Shown here one piece after another: positions 41,297 through 53,597 of a stretch of DNA of 64,000 nt (within the stretch, counting starts at the first letter, position 1; the number at the start of each line of letters is the position of its first letter). The stretch covers positions 1,240,001-1,304,000 of the forward strand of contig JAQGDQ010000020.1 of NCBI GenBank assembly GCA_030141605.1, given 5' to 3'. The notes under the pieces were generated by a model, which searched no databases, was not told where the DNA came from, and saw nothing but the letters and a program-made list of their open reading frames with translations. The stretch comes from Tubiluchus corallicola (Eukaryota > Animalia > Priapulida). A program made the translations under genes and the position numbers.

Positions 41297-41802
41297 GAAC
41301 GCCGGGGAAACATTTTCGAAGAGAAAATATGGAGTTATACAGTTGTTAAAGGAAAGAACAATTGGGTACCAGTCGTTATTATGTAAATAACAGTCGAGTA
41401 AATTTAAGATTTAAATATGGTTGTACTGTAGATCTAAATGAAAATGTAAAATTAAAGGTTAAGAACTCATTTAAAGATTATGTTTTAAGATTAGCTCTGT
41501 ACAACACTGTATAATGTCATATAATTACAAGGGAACTGCAATGTGTGGTTATTATAAAGTTGAATGTCTGTAGATATGTTACTTTACTAATATCGCATTA
41601 CCTGTTTTACTAACATCTTTATCTTTATAAACTGTATATTTTTATACGAGATAAACTCATGATAATAATAATAATTAGTAAATTTCCTGCAAAACACGAG
41701 TTCATTCACTACAGCGAAGTGTTATAATTATTATATTTTCTTCATTTTTGCACTACAACTAATATTCATTATCTTCTGTTTCGTAATTTGCCAGTTGTTG
41801 CT

Positions 41803-42047
41803 ATGGCTGAAGAGGCGGAATTAAAGAGCAGCAAATCTGGTACCTCTACGAATAGTGCTGTCACCAAAAAAACAAAAACAAGAAGATTGCTTCGAACTCC
41901 TAAATGTGCAAGATGTAGGAATCATGGAGTCGTGTCTTGCCTTAAAGGACACAAACGTTACTGTAGATGGCGCGATTGTCAGTGCGCCAACTGCCTCCTG
42001 GTGGTCGAACGACAAAGGATAATGGCTGCTCAAGTAGCCCTTAGGAG
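41803..42047 (+). CDS. dmrt2: Doublesex/mab-3-related transcription factor 2 (Dmrt2/Dmrt11E class), coding exon 1, DM domain
   Basis: [52 protein letters not shown], nearly identical to the DMRT2 DM domain as recalled; phase-2 donor at 42048. Confidence 0.95.
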
Positions 42048-42269
42048 GTAGGTATACAATGGACAGTACATGTTGTCATCACTGTTGTCACCATCTTCAT
42101 CTTCATTGTCATCATCATCATTAACATCATGATCATGGTCATCATCATCATCATCTTCTTCTTCTTTTTCTTCTTCTTCTTCCTCCTCCTCCTCCTCATC
42201 GTCATATTTATTACAATACAGCTTAACAACGACTAAATCAGTGAGCAAGATGCCAAGAGATCAATCGAG

Positions 42270-42418
42270 AAAAAAATGAATGAATGAACGAATGAATAAA
42301 CGAACGCAAGAACGAATGAACGATTAAAAGAATGAACGAATGAACGAATGAACGAATGAATGAACGAATGAATGAATGAATGAATGAATGAATGAATGAC
42401 TGAATGAATGACACAACG

Positions 42419-42493
<75 letters not shown>

Positions 42494-42510
42494 GAACGAA
42501 TGAATGAACA
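42270..42510. repeat. (AATG/AACG)n-(AATC)n tetranucleotide microsatellite
   Basis: Directly visible. Confidence 0.9.
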
Positions 42511-43946
42511 TAGAGCTGTAAAAGTAGCAATACAATGAGGTCGAGGCATGTTCTATGGAAAATCATGCAGCTATTAATGTTTTTTTAAATTTTAAAAATT
42601 AAAACTTTTAAACTTTAAATTATTTAAAGTGCTTTTTGAAGAACATACAATTTCATTGCACAAATAGATGTTTAATGTTTTAATGTCCCGATGTAACGTC
42701 AACTGGCTTAAAGAACGTTAAAGACACTTAGTAAAGAAACGTAACAATTCAAGTTTCTAGGCAATCAAGCCTCGCTATTTTCTCTTTTAACTACTCAGGT
42801 CTGCAGTTAGGTAAAAAAACACAATAGTTAGTTCATTTAAACACAAAAGCGCGCAAACCTTTCTAACATCAAAAATTAAAAAAAATGTGAATATGATTAT
42901 CAATATATTAAAATACATTTAGTCAAAAAATATTTACATTGCAATGGTCTTAACTAAAACATTGATTTGAAAGTGACTAAATGAATTTTTACCAAAACGA
43001 TCATTTTTCTATGCAAAACAATAAGGAAACGTAATGCCAAGCCAATCTACCATTTTCTTTGATTCAAATGATTATACATTTCGCTATGTAACACAGTTTT
43101 TTATGCAAAACAATAAGGAAACGTAATGACAAGCCAATCTACCCTTTTCTTTAACCCAAATGATTATACATTTCGATATTTAACACATTTTTACAAGCAA
43201 GCCTGCCTGATTGTACTCTTACATGTACAAACCATCTTGCCTAGAACGCATTTCGGTTTCCCCGTAGTTGTTCCGGTTTATTTTCTTTACAACAACCAAG
43301 ACAGAATAGTTTGCTATTACGACGCTAACTTGGCTAATATGAACCTTTTTCAAGCGAAACATCCATTCCTCCGCGTTGTGCAGAGAAGAATTCTTTGAAT
43401 CAACACGCTTAAACACAAACGGTGCGAAATCTGCTTTATTTTGATCTATGTACTACAATCAATGTCTGCCATATTCCAACAAAATATTTTAGTGTTTTAT
43501 ACGTCATTTCTATTAAAAACAAGAAAAAAAGCCATTTTACAAATTTGCATTAAATTCTGTAGTTCTAGACTTTAGTAAACGCAAACATTAAATAAACCTA
43601 ATTTGGTAATTTTACTAATTTATACCACGTTCTATCGAATTTATAAGATTGTCATTCATTAAACTAAAATGTTCAAAGTGATCAGTTTATAATGATTCAA
43701 AATTATACAAAATGATGTATTTACTTGCATCGTATGTCTCCATAAAGTAAATCTAGTATTTACCAATATATCTGACAAATTACGCCACTATCATACTGTG
43801 AAAAAGTACTTTTAAAGAAGCCTGTTAACGTCTACCAACTAACTCACTTGCCCAGGTAGAAACAGATCTGCACAGGTGAGTGATCGTGGTCACGTGACCA
43901 ACGAGATACTTGGCGAAATTCCCTACAATCTAAATACAATATTTAA

Positions 43947-44621
43947 GGGAAAACAGGATGATTTTTCAGATATCCCATTTTCAAGTAAAGTAAAATTATA
44001 CATTTTAACGACATTATACATAAAATAATGCCGTAAAAGCATTTCTGATAACTTAATAATAGATTAAAATCTTAATTAACGGCGGGCGAACCCAACTAGT
44101 GATGACATCACAAATTAACATAATTTTCAATATCGGAAACATTCCACGAACGTGTTGCGGGCGAACTCAACTAGTGATGACATCACAAACTAACATAATT
44201 TTCAATATCAGAAACATTCCACGAGCGTGTTGCGCGTGTATTTAAAGAGAAAATTGAAGTACAGTGCTTCTGTAAGAAATTCAGTGTGTTGTACTAAACT
44301 CGGCAAGTTTTAAGATAAAAATTCAAATTTCAAATTTACTCTGTGCTCGCGCATGAGCTGTCTAAAGTGTGCAGTTCGTCACAAGCTAACACACCTGAAC
44401 TAAGAGGTACAGCACCTGTTTTTGTGCAATGCGTTTCTGACGTGCGGGAGCTACTGCCCGCCTACCTGGCAAATGGCGAAATAACGATGAAGAACTAGTG
44501 GTGCGAACGTAAAATTGTGTTTGTGTGGTAATAATTCTTTCACGTAAGTCATTTTAGAAAAAAAGTATGTTTCCTTTCAATATTTTAAAGAGTAGACTGT
44601 TTTGATCTACAGTTTAAGATT
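43947..44621 (+). mobile_element. TTAA-associated MITE family C, copy 2 (internal ~75-bp duplication)
   Basis: Homologous to 36049-36645. Confidence 0.75.
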
Positions 44622-45015
44622 CACGTTTTTATTTGAGCATTAAAATTTTAAATACAATATAATTTACTAAAAAAGACAAACTACTACACAAACAAAAACA
44701 AAAACACACACAATACAAACTGTACTAAATACATGCAACAACAACGGAAAAATGTCAGAAGCTACCCACACTAACTAAGAAAGACGCCCATAAACAAAAA
44801 AATTCTGAAATGTATTCAGACTCCTTTGCAATATTTGTTATCAGAGCATTGTCAGATTGTACAACTCTAGTAAACAGACTATAATAACACTAGCGTCGTG
44901 TACGCATAAATTGTAGGAGAGATAAATCTACACTCATCTGAGATGCACGGCAATCATATTTAAGTTTAAAAAGTTTCCTTACTGCCATTGTTGTGTGACA
45001 CTCATTGTTTCTCTA

Positions 45016-45575
45016 TAGGTTTTACACGTCAAATGTAGACACAGGAAAGTTCAAATGTGACTTAGGTAAGTCAAATGTAGATGCAGTTAACGTTAAGAAT
45101 GTAGTGGAATTGGTTCCCACTTCCCAATGAACAGTGAATCACTAATTAGTTTTTTAAGTAATGCATTAGCACTGCATTAATGAATTAGTTTCTCTCATGA
45201 AACATTGTTTATTTTAAGAATGTATTGTTTTCTCTAACAGTTCCAATGGTATGTAAAGTTTGCAGAACATTAGTGAACTATTAGTAGACCTATAAAGTTA
45301 TTATTTTAAATTAGGAGCAATTATTTAATTGAAATTAAAGAAGATTAAATTTAACACCCTTAAACTTTACCACCTATCCACATTTGAGATACCAATGTCA
45401 CATTTGACTTGACATGTGTCTACATTTGTCTTACCAAAAGCGCTTAAGATTTGTTGAAAACCATTGTTAACACATTTGAACTACCAAAGTCTACATTTGA
45501 GTTACCAAGACACATTTGACTTACCTAAATCTACATTTGAGTTAACGCAGGTCTACATTTGACATGTAAAACCTA
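45016..45575 (+). mobile_element. TA-flanked MITE family A, copy 3 (560 bp)
   Basis: Same TIRs and TA flanks as the other two copies. Confidence 0.9.
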
Positions 45576-45703
45576 TAGTTAAGATATTAATGTGCACATA
45601 GAACAATTGCGTTTCGTTCCATGTCACATTATGTCGTCATGTTCACTCACAATAGTACTAATATTGCTACAAATGTTACTTGTTTTCTCCATTACCTCCT
45701 CAG

Positions 45704-45894
45704 GCAACAAACTCATGAAAAGAAAGATGGAGACGACGAAAAAGATAAAAACAACAAGCCAGCATCGGCAGGTGATGGCAAAACTTCTGCTGTCAGTTCA
45801 GATAAAACCAGTTCCCAGAAGAAACCAATGTCGAAACCCGTGCGAGGACAGCAGGCTGTACAGGTTACGTCTTTGTCGAAAGAGATTTTACAGG
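45704..45894 (+). CDS. dmrt2: Dmrt2, coding exon 2
   Basis: cctcctcag acceptor; continues RQQTHEKK...LSKEILQG (cf. DMRT2 RQQATEDKK...AKSILEG); gtaat donor; phase 2/1. Confidence 0.9.
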
Positions 45895-46843
45895 GTAATG
45901 AAATTGTCTACAATAAAAGCCCGTGTTAACATGTAGAATAATTCGAAGCCATTTATTTACCACTGTGATAATGCTAAATAATGCATGTTAAATAAATTTA
46001 TTGTTTATGAAAACCAATGTAAAAATTGGTCCTAGAAATGCGATAACCACAGAGGTTATGCTAGATGCGAGCACGCGTCTTTAGGTTGTACTGAAGTATA
46101 TCGCTAAGCAGCGGCCGACCAGCAAGTGGCACCTGGCATTTGTTAATATATGTAGTTTGTACCAGAGAGAAAAGAATTATGTAATAAATGTGAAAAAGGA
46201 AAAGTAAGGCAGGTCAGTAAGAACAGGATAGCGCTAAAAACAGTTTGGAGAAAGAAGGTCATGGGAGTAGGTTTACATATTATAGTTTTAGTTTTTTGAG
46301 AGGTTTTTGAGCAATGCGTTTCTGACGTGCAGGCGCTAGTGCCGTCTACCTGGCAAATGGCGAAATGCGTGTACCTGTGAAGAACTAGTGACGCGAACGT
46401 GAAATTGTGTTTGTTAAAACGCGTGTTAAATAAATGATTTGGATTACGATCAAAATTATCAACTGTTTGTATTGGAGCTAAAACATAAAAATACTGCTTC
46501 TAAAACTGCCTACTTCTTTACTGCTTCTAAAAGTACAGTTTTGGTAAAATACAAACACAATGTTATAATTATTTTGTATCGAATAATTTTGTAGTTAATT
46601 GGGTATTCATATCTACTGATATTCTCGACTGAGCGATTATTTTTGTAATAAAACAATCTTAGTTTCCAAATCTCACGAAGGACTACATCACAAAACACTT
46701 TCTCCATTGCCGTAAATGTTTATCCAGAAGAGACGCTGAGAGGTCTCCATTGACAAGAGTCTGGGGGCAGTATTTCCCTACGCCTCGAGACTCTTGTTTC
46801 CGGCTCAGTGATGTAGAAATATCACAAATATGGCCAACACTTA

Positions 46844-47343
46844 CGGCGCGTTCACACTAGCGAGTTTTCTGTCGCATGTTTTCTCTCTAACAACAAGTGT
46901 GAACTGCTTTGTGAGTTACTGTCGGCAAGTTAGTGCAAACTCTTCGACAGTTGCTGCGAGATAGTCTATGAGAAGGTCTTGGCAAGTTACTCTTGACACT
47001 TGCTGTCTAGTCTGAACATCTCAGCGAGTTACTCTTGACACTTGCTGTCTAGTCTGAACACGTTTGCGAGTTACTCTTGACACTTGCTGTCTAGTCTGAA
47101 CATCTCAGCGAGTTACTCTTGACACTTGCTGTCTAGTCTGAACATCTCAGCGAGTTACTCTTGACACTTGCTGTCTAGTCTGAACACGTTTGTGAGTTAC
47201 TCTTGACACTTATTGCTGTGAATACAGAATTGAGTGTCACCTGGGGGTTACTGTCGGAGATTAGCTCGCAGGAAATTTTGCTCTTTAGTTTACACACGCT
47301 TGCAGGTTGCTTGGCGAGAAAACGCGCTAGTGTGAGCCTGTCG
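46844..47343. mobile_element. PIF/Harbinger-like MITE with an internal 42-bp tandem array (46985-47210)
   Basis: TTA TSD on both sides; imperfect TIR CGGCGCGTTCACACTAGCGAGTTTTCT / AGAAAACGCGCTAGTGTGAGCCTGTCG. Confidence 0.8.
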
Positions 47344-47570
47344 TTACACCTATGCCATCGTGTGAACGTGCCGTTACACCTACGCCATCGTGTGAACGTG
47401 CCGTTACACCTACGCCATCGTGTGAACGTGCCGTTACACCTACGCCATCGTGTGAACGTGCCGTTACACTTACACCATCGTGTGAACCTGCCCTTACACC
47501 TACGCCATCGTGTGAACGTGCCGTTACACCTACGTCATCGTGTGAACATGCCCTTACACCTGCGCCATCA
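47344..47570. repeat. 30-bp minisatellite, ~7.5 copies, containing the MITE TIR tip and TTA
   Basis: Unit CACCTACGCCATC-GTGTGAACGTGCCG-TTA. Confidence 0.9.
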
Positions 47571-47710
47571 CTATCGTTATCACATTGCTAAGTTATATTT
47601 AACGAATACTAACACGAAATGCTTGAAAGTGATTAACAGACATTAAAAAATAGACGTGGTCTTTTACGGAAAAGAGCATTCACTTACGTAACAGCTTTTC
47701 ATATGTTTAG

Positions 47711-48426
47711 GTTACAGATCAAGATTACACAGGACACCCAGCATGGACGCAGCTCGAGCAATGTTACCCTTCATGAGTGAAAAAATGAGAAAGAGACGCG
47801 CTTTCTGTGACAAAGAGTTAGACGCTGTCATGTTTCAGCGTGAACGGCAGCTAGCCATTGAGAAGAACATCATCCATGGTGTTGTGAGTGTTGATGATGA
47901 TCTGTGTAAGAGCTTGGCAAGTGGACTAAACGCTAGAGAATTCCTGCTTCGGACGTTCCCTAAACATAATCCAAGCGTGTTAGAACTTGTCTATCAGGGT
48001 TGTGGCGGTAACCTGCAAAAAACAGTGGAGCAAATTGTCTCGTGTAGTCGATGTCCAGGCGCAGTAAATAACGCGCAAAATCTGCCACAGGCGGCGCTGA
48101 AAGCGCAGCTTGGACTGATGTACAATCTGGATAACGTGTCACGCAGCTCCAGTATTTTTCCAGGTTTATTTTCAACATTGCAGCCAGTAAACCCTACCAC
48201 TTTGTCTAACAGGACAAACCTCGTGAACAGTGGTATCCTGGCGCCACCTCGCGTCGAAAATGCTGCATTACACGAGATCTTGACAGAACGGTCGGCATTC
48301 TCAGCTGTGAAACGAACAAAGATAAATAAATGTGATGTTAGTAATGACGACAACAACAATAAAAACGTCATGGCTCCACAGTCAGCCATAAAATTTTCGG
48401 TAGAATCTATAATCGGCAGAAAGTGA
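47711..48426 (+). CDS. dmrt2: Dmrt2, coding exon 3 (last): DMRT2-specific motif, DMA domain, eh1-like C-terminus
   Basis: tgtttag acceptor; SEKMRKRRAFCDKELD (DMRT2 signature), FLLRTFPKHNPSVLELVYQGCGGNLQKTVEQI (DMA), FSVESIIG; spliced CDS 1152 nt = 383 aa + stop. Confidence 0.94.
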
Positions 48427-48812
48427 TGGTGTCAATAATATTGTCACGTACAACGCTTAATAAACTGGTTTTAAAGTGACTCAACATTGAACATTAATTT
48501 AAAACAATAATAATGAAAATGATAACGATTAAATCAGAATTTATAAAATAACTTTGTCACGAAAATGTTCAGTTATCCAACTTTTAGTTTATAAACGTCA
48601 TAGATGCTTATTAACGTCATTGTGATTGATAGAATCGTCATAATTAAAACAGTTTTGGACGTTATTTTGAGGAAATTTTCTCAATTGCTGCTGATATCAT
48701 TATAGCTGCATTTCATACTCGTGTTTATTTAATTAAATAGATTAAATGCAATTACATTTTTCATTTTTCTAACAACTAGTTGTCACGCTTATCAAATTTA
48801 TCATCTACTTTG

Positions 48813-48896
48813 TAATAATAATAAGAAGAAGAAGAAGAAGAAGAAGAAGAAAAAGAAGAAAAAGAAGAAGAAGTAGTAAGTAGTAGTAGTAGTAGT

Positions 48897-48980
<84 letters not shown>

Positions 48981-48997
48981 CAAGAAGAAGAAGAAGT
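48813..48997. repeat. (AAT)/(AAG)/(TAG) trinucleotide microsatellite
   Basis: Directly visible. Confidence 0.9.
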
Positions 48998-49116
48998 AAA
49001 AAGAAGAGCAATTACAGCAGCGACAATGACGTCGATGACAACAGTGATATGTAAGGGTCCAGGAAATATGTAATTAGGCTTTCAGTCATCTACGCCATTT
49101 GTCTGTAACTTTTACT

Positions 49117-50038
49117 GTAAGACAACTGACCGTTTGTAAGACAACTGACTGTCTATAACAAAACTGACTGTCTGTAAGACAACTGACTGTCTGTAAGATA
49201 ACTAACTGTCTATAAGACAACTGACTGTCTCTAAGACAACTGACTGTCTGTAAGATAACTAACTGTCTATAAAACAACTGACTGTCTCTAAGACAACTGA
49301 CTGTCTCTAAGACAACTGACTGTCTGTAAGATAACTAATTGTCTATAAGACAACTGACTGTCTCTAAGACAAATAACTGTCTATAAGACAACTGACTGTC
49401 TATAAGACAACCGACTGTCTGTAAGACAACTGACTGTCTGTAAGACAACTGACTGCCTATAAGACAACTGACTGTCTATAAGACAACTGACTGTCTATAA
49501 GACAACTGACTGCCTATAAGACAACTGACTGTCTGTAAGACAACTGACTGCCTATAAGACAACTGACTGTCTATAAGACAACTGACTGTCTATAAGACAA
49601 CTGACTGTCTGTAAGACAACTGACTGTCTGTAAGACAACTGACTGTCTGTAAGACAACTGACTGCCTATAAGACAACTGACTGTCTATAAGACAACTGAC
49701 TGTCTATAAGACAACTGACTGCCTATAAGACAACTGACTGTCTGTAAGACAACTGACTGCCTATAAGACAACTGACTGTCTATAAGACAACTGACTGTCT
49801 ATAAGACAACTGACTGTCTATAAGACAACTGACTGTCTGTAAGACAACTGACTGCCTATAAGACAACTGACTGCCTATAAGACAACTAACTGTCTGTAAG
49901 ACAACTGACTGCCTATAAGACAACTGACTGTCTATAAGACAACTGACTGCCTATAAGACAACTGACTGTCTATAAGACAACTGACTGTTTATAAGACAAC
50001 TGACTGTTTGTAAGACAACTGACTGTCTGTAAGACAAC
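49117..50038. repeat. 19-bp minisatellite, ~48 copies
   Basis: Unit TAAGACAACTGACTG(T/C)CT(A/G). Confidence 0.96.
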
Positions 50039-50834
50039 AAAAAAGCCAAAAAGTGAATACTGTATGTCTTGACATCCTAGTCAATCCTCGACAAAAGAGG
50101 TCAGAGTTTTTTTTAAATATTCTGGAACCCACTTTGTTGCAAAAGCAAAACGGAACGGGAAACTATTTCAAACAAAATTTGCGAGGATTTTTCCCCTAAC
50201 TTGCGATAATTTTGCAGCGTATTTACGTAACTGATAGCGTTGTAGCTTCCAAAACACCACCGACAAAAAACTTGTTCCGTCATCTTATCAATTTTCACGC
50301 TAGCCAACATGTTCATCAGACCGTCTGTCAAAGCAATCTATCAATACCCGATGTCAAAATACCAAGCGACTCGCCTAAAGACACCTAAATAAACGAATCC
50401 AAGCAAAGTAAATGATCCAGGAAAATGTCTGACACGTGTTGCCGTTATGTAACCAGGTTTTTTACGGCACCGACAAAAACCGAACGGTGTTGTTTATTAG
50501 AAAACACCAAATCTTGTATATTTTCGCAGTTTGTTTGTTTTCTTGTCTATTCGCTGCAATAATGTATTGGAAAAGTAGTTGGAAATGAGCGCTTTTGATG
50601 GTTTTATTGGACTTGTGATAAACACAACATAAACCTGCTGTTGTTGCTCAACCTACCGCAGTGTTGAACAGTTTCAATAGTTTTAATGCTGACAGTTGTG
50701 AGTTCAACTCTAAACACAGGTATTGTAAACAGACAATAAAAACTCTTCTCATTAATATCAATTAACACTTGTTGTAATTGTAATTGTAATTTATTATCAC
50801 TTCAGCATGTACTTTTACATTACAATTTGCATTA

Positions 50835-51163
50835 CAGTCGACCCTCGTTAAACCGGACCCCGTTAGCCCGGATATCGGATAAGACGGACGTCATCCGTGG
50901 TAAAGGAAACTGACCGATTTCCGTGCGAGCCCGAGCGTTAAACACAACACGGCCCCTACCAACTGTACAATAATTTCTTTATCCTCACAGGTTAACTATA
51001 TTAAAGTAATATACAGTATAGTATATAGTGCAATGTATATAGGCCTTATTAAGGTGATTATTCCTGTATAATATAGACCTTATATAGGCATATCGGATAA
51101 ATCGGACAATCTGCTAAACCGGACCACCCCCCTTAATTAGTCCGGTTTAACGAGGGTTGACTG
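50835..51163. mobile_element. pogo/Tigger-like MITE
   Basis: 23-bp TIR CAGTCGACCCTCGTTAAACCGGA / TCCGGTTTAACGAGGGTTGACTG (1 mismatch), TA TSD. Confidence 0.9.
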
Positions 51164-51388
51164 TATTATCTTTCTTTAACTATTATGCCCTATAACTAGA
51201 AAATGAAATATAGTTACAATAATTGTAACAGAACTACATTAGAATACTATAGCATGATATAGTTAGGGAAAAAATTCCAAATATAATTACAAAAATTTAA
51301 CAGAAGTGTACCAACATAGTTACTAAACTACGTAGTAGTTTGTCAACAAGAAATAGATGCTGCATGGTGGTCAAGAAGCAAAGCTTGT

Positions 51389-53597
51389 AAGTAACTCGCA
51401 CCGAGGCGTTCACACTAAACAGTAACTCGCGGCGATTGTCGGAGAGTTTGCACTAATTTTCCGAAAGTAACTCGCGCCTAGGCGCTCACACTAAACAGTA
51501 ACTCGCAGCAATTGTCGGAGAGTTTACACTAATTCTCCGAAAGTAACTCGCACCTAGGCGCTCACACTAAACAGTAACTCGCAGCAATTGTCGGAGAGTT
51601 TGCAATAATTTTCCGAAAGTAACTCGCACCGAGGCGTTCACACTAAACAGTAACTCGCAGCGATTATCGGAGAGTTTGCAATAATTTTATGAAAGTAACT
51701 CGCACCGTGGCGTTCACACTAAACAGTAACTCGCAGCGATTGTCGGAGAGTTTGTACTAATTTTCCAAAGTAACTCGCACCGAGGCGTTCACACTAAACA
51801 GTAACTCGCAGCAATTGTCGGAAAGTTTGCACTAATTTTCCAAAGTAACTCGTACCGAGGCGTTCACACTAAACAGTAACTCGCAACAATTGTCGGAGAG
51901 TTTGCACTAATTTTCCAAAGTAACTCGTACCGAGGCGTTCACACTAAACAGTAACTCGCAGCGATTGTCGGAGAGTTTGTACTAATTTTCCAAAGTAACT
52001 CGCACCGAGGCGTTCACACTAAACAGTAACTCGCAGCAATTGTCGGAGAGTTTGCACAAATTTTCCAAAGTAACTCGTACCGAGGCGTTCACACTAAACA
52101 GTAACTCGCAGCGATTGTCGGAGAGTTTGCAATAATTTTACGAAAGTAACTCGCACCATGGCGTTCACACTAAACAGTAACTCGCAGCAATTGTCGGAGA
52201 GTTTGCACAAATTTTCCAAAGTAACTCGTACCGAGGCGTTCACACTAAACAGTAACTCGCAGCGATTGTCGGAGAGTTTGCAATAATTTTACGAAAGTAA
52301 CTCGTACCATGGCGTTCACACTAAACAGTAACTCGCAGCAATTGTCGGAGAGTTTGCAATAATTTTCCGAAAGTAACTCGCACCGAGGCGGTCACACTAA
52401 ACAGTAACTCGCAGCAATTGTCAGAGAGTTTGCACTAATTTTCCAAAGTAACTCGCACCGAGGCGTTCACACTAAACAGTAACTTGCAGCAATTGTTGGA
52501 GAGTTTGCAATAAGTTTCAGAAAGTAACTCGTACCGAGGCGTTCACACTAAACAGTAACTCGCAGCAATTGTCGGAGAGTTTGCACTAATTTTCCAAAGT
52601 AACTCGCACCGAGGCGTTCACACTAAACAGTAACTCGCAGCAATTGTCGGAGAGTTTGCACAAATTTTCCAAAGTAACTCGTACCGAGGCGTTCACACTA
52701 AACAGTAACTCGCAGCGATTGTCGGAGAGTTTGCAATAATTTTACGAAAGTAACTCGCACCATGGCGTTCACACTAAACAGTAACTCGCAGCAATTGTCG
52801 GAGAGTTTGCAATAATTTTACGAAAGTAACTCGCACCGAGGGGGTCACACTAAACAGTAACTCGCAGCAATTGTCAGAGAGTTTGCACTAATTTTCCAAA
52901 GTAACTCGCACCGAGGCGTTCACACTAAACAGTAACTTGCAGCAATTGTTGGAGAGTTTGCAATAAGTTTCCGAAAGTAACTCGTACCGAGGCGTTCACA
53001 CTAAACAGTAACTCGCAGCAATTGTCGGAGAGTTTGCACTAATTTTCCAAAGTAACTCGCACCGAGGCGTTCACACTAAACAGTAACTCGCAGCAATTGT
53101 CGGAGAGTTTGCACTAATTTTCCAAAGTAACTCGTACCGAGGCGTTCACACTAAACAGTAACTCGCAGCGATTGTCGGAGAGTTTGCAATAATTTTACGA
53201 AAGTAACTCGCACCATGGCGTTCACACTAAACAGTAACTCGCAGCAATTGTCGGAGAGTTTGCACTAATTTTCCAAAGTAACTCGTACCGAGGCGTTCAC
53301 ACTAAACAGTAACTCGCAGCAATTGTCGGAGAGTTTGCAATAATTTTCCGAAAGTAACTCGCACCGAGGCGTTCACACTAAACAGTAACTCGCAGCAATT
53401 GTCGGAGAGTTTGCACTAATTTTCCAAAGTAACTCGCACCGAGGCGTTCACACTAAACAGTAACTCGCAGCAATTGTTGGAGAGTATGCAATAATTTTCC
53501 GAAAGCAACTCGCACCGAGGCGTTCACACTAAACAGTAACTCGCAGCAATTGTCGGAGAGTTTGCACTAATTTTCCAAAGTAACTCGTACCGAGGCG
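51389..53597. repeat. 75/76-bp satellite, ~29 copies
   Basis: Unit AAGTAACTCGCACCGAGGCGTTCACACTAAACAGTAACTCGCAGCAATTGTCGGAGAGTTTGCACTAATTTTCC(G)A. Confidence 0.97.

Noticed and set aside
40490-41390. Long ORFs of 264-298 aa
   Set aside because: Artefacts of the N gap.
41788-41802. ORF-track start at 41788 for Dmrt2
   Set aside because: It is a TTG overlapping the splice acceptor; the first ATG is at 41803.
47203-47646. His/Pro-rich repeat ORF (VPLHLRHRVN)n as an extra Dmrt2 exon
   Set aside because: Translation of a 30-bp intronic minisatellite; exons 2 and 3 already join in phase with conserved DMRT2 sequence.
51389-53597. CRISPR-like regular arrays (also 28843-29343, 57718-58689, 62430-63015)
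   Set aside because: No unique spacers, no cas genes and a eukaryotic context; these are plain tandem repeats.
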